From assembly GCA_043814985.1 (NCBI GenBank), contig JBDRJK010000014.1, positions 34,369-98,368 of the forward strand: DNA of 64,000 bases, read 5' to 3'. The notes beneath the pieces are model-generated. The model was given only the letters and a program-made list of their open reading frames with translations, made no database searches and was not told where the DNA came from. The position numbers and the translations under genes were made by a program. This document shows positions 56,766 to 64,000 of this stretch, piece by piece. How positions within the stretch are numbered: position 1 is the first letter of the stretch; the number at the start of each line of letters is the position of its first letter. Origin of the DNA: Candidatus Aenigmatarchaeota archaeon (GTDB taxonomy: Archaea; Aenigmatarchaeota; Aenigmatarchaeia; Aenigmatarchaeales; Aenigmatarchaeaceae).

Positions 56766-57196
56766 AAGTTGTGAGAGCTGGAGCCGGCATAATTGTTTTA
56801 AAGGATGGAAAAGTCCTATTGGGAAAGAGGAACGATGATCCTGAAAAGGCTGATACGGAATTGCACACTGAAGGCATGTGGACCTGCCCAGGAGGCAAGA
56901 TAGACTTTGGTGAAAAGGCAATTGATGCAGCCAAGAGAGAACTCATGGAGGAGACAGGAATAAGGGGAAATGACCTGAAGGTAGTGGCTGTCACAGACCA
57001 CATTGTCCCTGACGCGCATTTTGTCACATTAGGTTTCCTATGCAAGGAATTCGAAGGCGAACCAAAAGTGATGGAGCCTGAAGAGATAACAGAATGGAGA
57101 TGGTTCCCCATAAACAAACTACCAGAACCCATCAATTATGCGAGCTTAAAGGTAATAGATAATTATTTGAAAGGTAAAATCTATAATGGTGATTAA
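56762..57196 (+). CDS. NUDIX hydrolase
   Basis: 144 aa. Canonical Nudix box GKIDFGEKAIDAAKRELMEETGI (Gx5Ex7REUxEExGU). Confidence 0.65.
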   Translation: MKVVRAGAGIIVLKDGKVLLGKRNDDPEKADTELHTEGMWTCPGGKIDFGEKAIDAAKRELMEETGIRGNDLKVVAVTDHIVPDAHFVTLGFLCKEFEGEPKVMEPEEITEWRWFPINKLPEPINYASLKVIDNYLKGKIYNGD

Positions 57197-59461
57197 ATGG
57201 CTGACGAAGTAAAATTAAAGGTTGGAGAATTAACAGGAAGGGAAGACTTCGGTAGAGGCATTGCAAGACTTGACGGCAACATGATGAAAAAGATAGGGGC
57301 AAAGGAAGGCGACATTCTTGAGATCGAGGGCAAGAGGAAGACAGGCGTTGTTGCAATCAGGAGCTATCCAGCAGACGTAGGGATGAACATATTAAGGGTC
57401 GATGGTCTGGTAAGAAAGAACTGCGATGCTTCAATAGGAGAATCTGTAAAAGTTAGAAAGTCAAATGCCAAGGAAGCAAAGAAAGTCACATTGGCACCTG
57501 CACAGAAAGGATTCATGCTTCACATCTCACCAAACCTGCTAAGGCAGAACCTGTTCATGAGGCCCATGTCAAAGGGAGACATAATAACCACGTCACCTGT
57601 TTTCAAGACCAAGACAAGGAACAGCGACATGTTCTCACAACTCTTAGGAATAAACATAGAGGAAGTCTTCATGCCAATGGGAACTGAGATGAAACTGGTT
57701 GTTGTAAGTACCAGTCCAAACGAGATAACCCAGATAACTGACATGACCGAGGTCGAGTTAAAGCCAGAGGCTGTCGAGGTCGAGGAGACAAAGCTCCCTT
57801 CTGTCACATACGAGGACATAGGAGGCTTGGGGGAGATAGTTCCCAAGATAAGGGAAATGATTGAAGTTCCATTGAGAAGGCCTGAAGTGTTTGAGAGGTT
57901 GGGAATCGAGCCGCCCAAGGGAGTTCTGTTGCACGGACCGCCTGGTACCGGAAAAACTCTGATAGCAAAGGCAGTTGCCAATGAATCAGGTGCGCATTTC
58001 GTATCATTGGCAGGACCCGAGATATTCTCGAAATGGTACGGCCAGACAGAGCAGAACCTGAGAAAGGTCTTTGACGATGCTGAGAAGAATGCTCCTGCAA
58101 TTATTTTTATTGACGAGATTGATGCAATTGCTCCTAAGAGAGAGCAGGTAACAGGAGAGGTTGAGAGGAGAACTGTTTCACAATTGCTAACATTGATGGA
58201 TGGTTTGAAATCAAGGGGAAAAGTAGTTGTTATAGCTGCAACCAACCGTGTCAATGCATTGGATCCTGCCTTGAGAAGGTCAGGAAGGTTTGACAGGGAG
58301 ATAGAGGTTCCTGTTCCAGACAAGAAGGGAAGAAAGGAGATACTGCAGATACACAGTCGTTACATGCCAATGGAAAAGGATGTTGACCTTGATAAACTGG
58401 CAGAAGTTACCTATGGTTATGTAGGTGCAGACATTGCTGGTTTGGCTAGGGAGGCTGCAATGCATGCCTTGAGAAGGGTCATACCTACCATTTCTTCTTT
58501 GAAGGAGGACGAGCCAATACCAAAGGAGATTCTGGAAAAACTAAAAATCAAGAAAGAGGACTTTGATTATGCTTTGAGAATGGTTCAGCCATCCGCAATG
58601 AGGGAAGTCATGATTGAGATTCCGAAAGTCAAGTGGGAGGAGGTCGGCGGCTTGGATGATGTCAAGCAAGCTTTGAAGGAGGCTGTGCAGTTGCCTTTGG
58701 AGAATCCTCAGTGTTTCAAGACATTGGGAATAAAGCCTCCAAGAGGAGTCCTTCTATATGGTCCACCTGGGTGCGGCAAGACTTATGTTGTGAAAGCACT
58801 GGCAAACGAGGCTGGAGTTAATTTTGTTTCAGTCAAGGGGCCTGAACTTTTGTCAAAATGGGTAGGGGAGTCAGAGCAGCATGTCAGGGACGTATTCAGG
58901 AGGGCAAAGCAGGTTGCGCCGTCAATAGTTCTGTTTGATGAGATAGATTCCCTAGCTCCCAGAAGAGGGACAAGTAGTGGTTCAAAAGTCATGGAGCAGG
59001 TCGTATCACAATTATTAACGGAAATGTCTGGAATAGAAGACATGGAAGGGGTTTCTGTTATAGCAACGACCAACAGGCCGGACATTATGGATCCTGCATT
59101 ATTGAGGCCTGGAAGATTTGACAGGTTAATCTATGTCCCAGCTCCTGACGAGAAGACAAGACTGGAGATATTCAAGATACACACCAAGAACATGCCTTTG
59201 AAAGGTGTCAAGCTGGATAAGATGGCCAAGCTGACAGAGGGATACTCTGGTGCAGACATCGAGGCATTGGCAAGGGAGGCAGCCATGTTCGCTCTAAGGG
59301 AGAGCCAGAAGGCAAAGGAAGTAACAATGAAGCACTTTGAAGAGGCATTGAAGAAGATAAAGCCTTCAATAACAGATGAGATTTTCAAGCAGTATCAGAA
59401 GGCTGTTGATAACCTCAGGAAAACAGAGATAAAGGGAGACAACGCAAGGTACATTGGGTGA
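57197..59461 (+). CDS. cdc48: Cdc48/VCP-like AAA+ ATPase (two AAA domains)
   Basis: 754 aa. N-domain, two Walker A motifs GPPGTGKT and GPPGCGKT, Walker B DEID, and the second-region motifs. Classic archaeal Cdc48 architecture. Confidence 0.85.
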   Translation: MADEVKLKVGELTGREDFGRGIARLDGNMMKKIGAKEGDILEIEGKRKTGVVAIRSYPADVGMNILRVDGLVRKNCDASIGESVKVRKSNAKEAKKVTLAPAQKGFMLHISPNLLRQNLFMRPMSKGDIITTSPVFKTKTRNSDMFSQLLGINIEEVFMPMGTEMKLVVVSTSPNEITQITDMTEVELKPEAVEVEETKLPSVTYEDIGGLGEIVPKIREMIEVPLRRPEVFERLGIEPPKGVLLHGPPGTGKTLIAKAVANESGAHFVSLAGPEIFSKWYGQTEQNLRKVFDDAEKNAPAIIFIDEIDAIAPKREQVTGEVERRTVSQLLTLMDGLKSRGKVVVIAATNRVNALDPALRRSGRFDREIEVPVPDKKGRKEILQIHSRYMPMEKDVDLDKLAEVTYGYVGADIAGLAREAAMHALRRVIPTISSLKEDEPIPKEILEKLKIKKEDFDYALRMVQPSAMREVMIEIPKVKWEEVGGLDDVKQALKEAVQLPLENPQCFKTLGIKPPRGVLLYGPPGCGKTYVVKALANEAGVNFVSVKGPELLSKWVGESEQHVRDVFRRAKQVAPSIVLFDEIDSLAPRRGTSSGSKVMEQVVSQLLTEMSGIEDMEGVSVIATTNRPDIMDPALLRPGRFDRLIYVPAPDEKTRLEIFKIHTKNMPLKGVKLDKMAKLTEGYSGADIEALAREAAMFALRESQKAKEVTMKHFEEALKKIKPSITDEIFKQYQKAVDNLRKTEIKGDNARYIG

Positions 59462-59804
59462 TTTAATGGAGAAAAAGAAGAGAGTTGATGTAAAAATAGA
59501 CCACGGCGATCAGGCGTTCTTTACAGACAATGTCACGGTCCTGCACAGTCCGAGCAAGTTCATAATAGACTTTTCCCAGACAGTGCCGAGGATTGACAAC
59601 ATCGACGGCAAGATGAGGCAGACCTTCACGATAAAGCACAACACAGTGCTTCTTGACCCGCCTTTTGCAAAGTCTTTGTTGGACGTATTAAAAAAGAACG
59701 TCAAGACCTTTGAGAAGAAGTTCGGGGACATAAAGCTCGCCAAGAAAATACCTACAGAGAAAAAGCCTATAGAAGCTGAGAGCACTACAAGATATATTGG
59801 TTAG
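59454..59804 (+). CDS. DUF3467-family protein
   Basis: 116 aa. FFTDNVTVLHSPSKFIIDFSQ matches the conserved DUF3467 core (ya.nvrvshtpeEfvlDFg). 8-nt overlap with the cdc48 end. Confidence 0.5.
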   Translation: MGDLMEKKKRVDVKIDHGDQAFFTDNVTVLHSPSKFIIDFSQTVPRIDNIDGKMRQTFTIKHNTVLLDPPFAKSLLDVLKKNVKTFEKKFGDIKLAKKIPTEKKPIEAESTTRYIG

Positions 59805-60019
59805 ACCCTTTTTCTGGCCAGTTCAATATCTTCCCTTTTAACAGTCTTTCTTCCAGCATGCTTTGCGAACTTTACCGCATCTTTGGCTATCTCGAAGGTA
59901 AAGTCCTTGACCACATCTGCCAAGGCTCTGGCAGCTGGTTCTGAGACCCTTTCTGCTCCTGCCTGCCTTAGAATATCAGCCATGGGGGCAGATGCTATAA
60001 TTGACCTCTTTCTGGGCAT
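59801..60019 (-). CDS. archaeal histone (HMfA/B family)
   Basis: 72 aa. MADILRQAGAERVSEPAARALADVVKDFTFEIAKDAVKFAKHAGRKTVKREDIELA is a complete histone fold with RKTV and Arg-Asp loop features. Confidence 0.75.
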   Translation of the reverse strand: MPRKRSIIASAPMADILRQAGAERVSEPAARALADVVKDFTFEIAKDAVKFAKHAGRKTVKREDIELARKRV

Positions 60020-60109
60020 ACATGATTAATGAGTAGAGAAATATTTATAAGTATGCATATAATTAATAAATTTAAATAGCTTTTCACTAAACAATTAAAT
60101 GCTGATGAT
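60020..60109. promoter_or_regulatory. divergent promoter region, histone (-) / surface protein (+)
   Basis: 90-bp, very AT-rich (tatttataag, atataattaataaatttaaatag), with several TATA-like hexamers. Confidence 0.25.
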
Positions 60110-62470
60110 ATGGTCAAGGGATTAATCAAGTACGTGTGTATCTTCTTGGTATTGCTATCCATACAGGGAGTTGTGTTTGCTCAAAATACTATATTTAATG
60201 AACCTTTCTCTGATTCTACTATAAACGGAACTATAGTTTTTAATGCAACTACTGATTATGATTGTGAAAATGCCACGTTCTTTTATTCTGATAATCCTAT
60301 AAATCCTTGGCAGGAAATAGGAAGCAACACAACCAATGGAATAGAATTTACTTTAATTTTTAATACAAATAGTTTGTCAGACGGAATTTACAATTTTACA
60401 GTCAATTCTACTAATTCAACTCATGAAACCTTTGATACAAGTACAAACGTAGCTATTGATAATCCACCAAAATGGTTTAATGAAACTACTTCTCTTACTT
60501 CAGGTTTAGAGTATTCTCCAAATCAAAATTATCAATTCAATATAACTTGGACTGATGGTTCTTTAGACCAAGTCTTTTTCGAGTCCAATTATACTTTAAA
60601 TGCTAGTGAAGCTGGGACCATGACAAATTATACAAATCCCACTATTACCAATTCTTCCGGAGTATTTTCAATAGTTCTAAGTGATATACCAGCACAATCT
60701 TTTCTTTACAGATGGATTGGTAATGATTCTTCATCTAGTGAAAATTCCACAGAAGAATCAACTTATATAATTAGTGAAAACTCTTCAATACCAATTATTT
60801 TAACTCTTGATGGAGCTGAAGAAGATAAATCTTATAATTTAAATCAAAATGCTACATTTGAAGCAAGTCTTAATATTCCCAATAAAAATATTTATTTAAA
60901 TTCCAGCTCCCCTTGTTGGACAAATTTAACCAGTGCAACTTCTCTTGCTTCTAATACAACTAATTTGACATGTTCTGGTTTTTATAGCCTCACTGCCTAT
61001 TGGAATGGTGATGAGAACTATACATCATCTGAAGTAACCTATTATTTTGACACAATAGCACCGCAGTATAGTAATATGTTTCCTTCACTCCAATCAGGAG
61101 AATATGCATCAAACAAGACATATTGGTTTAATATAACTTGGACAGCAGCAACCATAGAAGATGTTCAGTTTGGATTTAAAGATAATTCATCAGAATTTTC
61201 ATTGTATAATTCATCAGATATTCAGAGCTCTTCAGGAATTTATTCAGTTAATATAACAGATTTGCTCGTAGGAGATTACACTTATTTTTGGTGTGCAAAT
61301 AGAAGCAGCACAGAGAACATAACAAGCTGCACTAATAACACAATGTTCAATGTGACTAAGAAAGCTGGTAGTCTTCTTATGTTTTTTGATAATAATCCAA
61401 TAACCGATGGCGCATCAACAACTGTCACATGTTCAAAATTAAATGGAGATAGTTCATCTATCATAACTTTATACAAAGATAGCGTTTCCGTTGATACTAA
61501 TACAATTTCTGTAGTTAAAACTTATTCTGGTACGTTAACAGAAGGGACATACAGCTTTACATGTACAATGAATGAAAGTCAAAACTATACATTATACACT
61601 TACCCACCGACAAATTTAGTTGTAGATCCAGCAACATTTATTATAGAAGGAGGTCAAGCCGGTACAGATAACACACCAGCTTCTACTTCTGGTGCATTCA
61701 CAATCACACCTTCAGAATCAAAAATAACAGTTGGGGTTGGCTCAAGCAAGGAAATGACATTTGTTTTGAAGAATACCCGTACTCTCGATGATGTTTTAAA
61801 TATAGTAATTACTGTTTCAGGCATATCACCAGACTGGTACTCTTTGGACAAAGAAACAATAGCTAAATTAAGGCATGGCGGCGGTTCTGAAACTATTAAA
61901 ATGATCTTGAACATTCCAGAGAATGCTAGTAAGGCAACATACAGCATGAGAGTAAAGGCTAGTGGAGAAGATATAGATGGAAGCAGTTCAATGGTACAAA
62001 CTTCTCCAGTCCAATTGGTTGTAGGCGAGCCGTCAGAAGAAGTGGTTGAAGCTGTTTTAGCAACTCAGGAGGCTGCTCCTGAAAACGAGACAGAAGAAGG
62101 CGCTCCAACAGGCTTCTTGCCATTCAGTTCAGAATACGTTCCGTACATGGTTCTTTTGGTGGGAGCAATAGTTTCAATAATGGTTTTCCTTAAGAGGGAT
62201 GACATAACTGCTGGCCTTATGGGCATTAGCGGTGTCAAGGCCCCTAAAAGACAAACACGTAAAAAGGTAGAGAAGAAAGCTAAAAAACCTTCTTTCAGAG
62301 ATTTTGACTGGAAGCTTTCCGTTGGTCTCAAAAAGGAAAAGAAGCCAAAGACCCTTGAGATACCATCTGCAGAAAGAGAAGAGGTGCTTGAAAGGGAGAT
62401 CAGCAAAGACATAAAGGAACTGAAGAACATCATGGAAGCTGAAAAGAGAATAAAGAAGCGCAAGAAATAA
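60110..62470 (+). CDS. sequon-rich cell-surface protein (786 aa) with a C-terminal TM helix and a Lys-rich cytoplasmic tail
   Basis: Signal peptide VCIFLVLLSIQGVVFA, dense N-x-S/T. TM helix YMVLLVGAIVSIMVFL followed by a ~90-aa K/E-rich tail. Confidence 0.55.
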   Translation: MVKGLIKYVCIFLVLLSIQGVVFAQNTIFNEPFSDSTINGTIVFNATTDYDCENATFFYSDNPINPWQEIGSNTTNGIEFTLIFNTNSLSDGIYNFTVNSTNSTHETFDTSTNVAIDNPPKWFNETTSLTSGLEYSPNQNYQFNITWTDGSLDQVFFESNYTLNASEAGTMTNYTNPTITNSSGVFSIVLSDIPAQSFLYRWIGNDSSSSENSTEESTYIISENSSIPIILTLDGAEEDKSYNLNQNATFEASLNIPNKNIYLNSSSPCWTNLTSATSLASNTTNLTCSGFYSLTAYWNGDENYTSSEVTYYFDTIAPQYSNMFPSLQSGEYASNKTYWFNITWTAATIEDVQFGFKDNSSEFSLYNSSDIQSSSGIYSVNITDLLVGDYTYFWCANRSSTENITSCTNNTMFNVTKKAGSLLMFFDNNPITDGASTTVTCSKLNGDSSSIITLYKDSVSVDTNTISVVKTYSGTLTEGTYSFTCTMNESQNYTLYTYPPTNLVVDPATFIIEGGQAGTDNTPASTSGAFTITPSESKITVGVGSSKEMTFVLKNTRTLDDVLNIVITVSGISPDWYSLDKETIAKLRHGGGSETIKMILNIPENASKATYSMRVKASGEDIDGSSSMVQTSPVQLVVGEPSEEVVEAVLATQEAAPENETEEGAPTGFLPFSSEYVPYMVLLVGAIVSIMVFLKRDDITAGLMGISGVKAPKRQTRKKVEKKAKKPSFRDFDWKLSVGLKKEKKPKTLEIPSAEREEVLEREISKDIKELKNIMEAEKRIKKRKK

Positions 62471-62502
62471 AACAATTAAAATCTTGGATTCTAAATATAT
62501 TC

Positions 62503-62673
62503 ATGAAGAAAGCCATTATTCTGTGCTTGGTAGTATTCATTATATTAGTGGCAACATTGGACCTGCCACCGAGCATAACAGGTTTTGCAGTAAAGGTTAC
62601 ATCAACAGTGGTGACAATAGTCAAGCAAATACTGAAGTCAGTTCTTTTAGCTATTGCAAACATGTTGTGATAA
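62503..62673 (+). CDS. possible small membrane/secreted peptide (56 aa), not in the ORF track
   Basis: ATG at 62503. Translation MKKAIILCLVVFIILVATLDLPPSITGFAVKVTSTVVTIVKQILKSVLLAIANML with a strongly hydrophobic N-terminus. Its end overlaps the convergent MetAP 3' end. Confidence 0.2.
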
Positions 62674-63544
62674 CAGGTTTTTCATCTACAATTACTGTGT
62701 GTTCTGACTGCGCAACAGGCTTCCCAGAAACTTCTTTCAACGGGTCGTAACCATACAAGGCATTGGAATTAGTCAATTCTCTCAAGGCAAGTTCAACCTT
62801 CAGAGGTGAGAACTTTTTCTGTATCCATCTCTTGGCAAAAGGCAGTCTCTCGAACTCGGTTCTTGCAAGCTCTAGAATTTTCCTCGCTTCCAACATTCTC
62901 ATTGGTCTGTCAACAATCCACCTGAATATCATGGGCTTCCCAGAATCCTTCACAACCCCGTTGCCAGCAGTGCAGAATGGTTCGACACCATACACCTCTC
63001 CCTCTCTCAGCTGGTATTTAGAATCGTTCTTGATATTGGGTATGATTGTTCCAGCATGGATGTCGTACCTGTCTATGCTGTGGCCTGTCAGGTTCCTTAT
63101 TGCCTTGAAGCCGAACTCACTGCAGACATTCTCGACTGCCTCTCCAATATCTCCTATGGTCGTCCCGGGCTTGAACATTAACATGGCTTTCTCAAGCATC
63201 TTCTCAGAACATATTATCAAATCATCCTTGCCGGCAACCCTTACTGTTCTTGCAGTATCACCGATGTAACCGTCAATATGAACGCCCACGTCGATTTTTA
63301 CATAGTCCTCCTCGTTGATGACAGTCTTGTCATTCATTTGTGGATGCCAGTGAGCTGCAATGTCATTGATGGAAATGTTAACGGGGAATGCAGGCTTGCC
63401 TCCAAGCTCCTCTATCTTCTTGTCAATCTTTTCTGCAATCTCAACAGTAAGGACATCCTTCTTCACAAGGCCACAACCGAAATCCAGGACATGGGCTGCT
63501 ATTTTCCCTGCTTTAATGTAGTTATCTAAAATTTCTTTTTCCAT
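62651..63544 (-). CDS. map: methionine aminopeptidase, type 2 (archaeal MAP)
   Basis: The probable start is the internal Met (MEKEILDNYIKAGKIAAHV...), giving about 297 aa. Pita-bread-fold metal ligands are in the expected order (D..D...H...E...E). The 314-aa ORF-track start would overlap the upstream gene. Confidence 0.75.
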   Translation of the reverse strand: MEKEILDNYIKAGKIAAHVLDFGCGLVKKDVLTVEIAEKIDKKIEELGGKPAFPVNISINDIAAHWHPQMNDKTVINEEDYVKIDVGVHIDGYIGDTARTVRVAGKDDLIICSEKMLEKAMLMFKPGTTIGDIGEAVENVCSEFGFKAIRNLTGHSIDRYDIHAGTIIPNIKNDSKYQLREGEVYGVEPFCTAGNGVVKDSGKPMIFRWIVDRPMRMLEARKILELARTEFERLPFAKRWIQKKFSPLKVELALRELTNSNALYGYDPLKEVSGKPVAQSEHTVIVDEKPVITTCLQ

Positions 63545-63548
63545 AATA

Positions 63549-64000
63549 TCATTCCTTTGTGGCCTCAACACCAAGACTTTCAAGAGCCATTCCATTGTAT
63601 TGTTCCTTGCTTATACTCTTGTTTTCTTTTATTATTTTCGTGTTGAAACCAGCTTCCTTGATTTTCTTAATGTAATCATCCCTCATAAGAGCTCCTGCAA
63701 CACAGCTTGTGAGAAGGTCAATGTCATTCTTCTGCTCTTCCTTCAACGCTTCAAGCAGGACTATGTCAGACACGAACAATTTGCCACCTTTTCTGAGAAC
63801 CCTAAAAGCCTCTTTGAAAACTTTGGACTTGTCTGGGGAGAGGTTTATTACGCAGTTGCTTATTATCACGTCAACTGAGCTATCATCTATTGGAAGATTC
63901 TCTATCTCCCCCAACCTGAACTCAACGTTTTTGAATCCATACTTTTCAGCATTTCTGCGAGACATCTCTATCATTTTCTCTGTCATGTCAATCCCTATTA
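63549..64000 (-). CDS. ArsM/UbiE-like SAM-dependent methyltransferase, partial (5' end beyond the window)
   Basis: The frame stays open to the window edge (...[57 protein letters not shown]...). This matches the ArsM-like region downstream of motif I, so the true start lies past 64000. Confidence 0.55.
   Translation of the reverse strand, partial: IGIDMTEKMIEMSRRNAEKYGFKNVEFRLGEIENLPIDDSSVDVIISNCVINLSPDKSKVFKEAFRVLRKGGKLFVSDIVLLEALKEEQKNDIDLLTSCVAGALMRDDYIKKIKEAGFNTKIIKENKSISKEQYNGMALESLGVEATKE

Noticed and set aside
62651-63595. Longer 314-aa MetAP ORF starting at 63595 and overlapping the ArsM-like gene
   Set aside because: The extra 17 residues ([17 protein letters not shown]) precede the canonical MetAP start (MEKEILDNY...) and would overlap the upstream gene's 3' end. 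The internal Met at 63544 is the more plausible start.

Overview
This is an AT-rich (about 35-40% GC) archaeal window, identified by an HMf-type histone, AglB/STT3, an archaeal-type TyrRS, the aroA'/aroB' archaeal shikimate genes, Cdc48 and an aCPSF2-like beta-CASP nuclease. It is probably from an uncultivated, possibly DPANN-like lineage. No rRNA, tRNA or CRISPR was seen. The first ~27 kb is a tightly packed glycan-assembly island with many genes overlapping start-to-stop. It contains seven paralogous B12-binding radical SAM genes interleaved with three class I methyltransferases, six GT2 glycosyltransferases, one SPASM-type radical SAM and two GT-C membrane glycosyltransferases. It begins with an FAD-oxidoreductase/DUF362/flippase-like trio and ends with a divergent Wzx-flippase/AglB oligosaccharyltransferase/Dpm1-like GT2 operon. 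A free-standing NUMOD3 plus Vsr-fold homing-endonuclease-like gene sits inside this island. Next come three very large, sequon-dense (N-x-S/T) type-I membrane surface proteins of 1333, 1792 and 495 aa. The 1792- and 495-aa genes lie in a GC-rich (~50-57%) ~7 kb segment bounded by diverged direct copies of the 3' end of the beta-CASP gene, which suggests a laterally acquired surface-protein cassette. The rest is housekeeping: MTAP, TyrRS, aroA'/aroB', aspartokinase, SerRS, a free-standing LAGLIDADG endonuclease abutting topoisomerase IA, pyrD/F/E, two NUDIX hydrolases, Cdc48, a histone, a fourth surface protein, MetAP and a partial ArsM-like methyltransferase.
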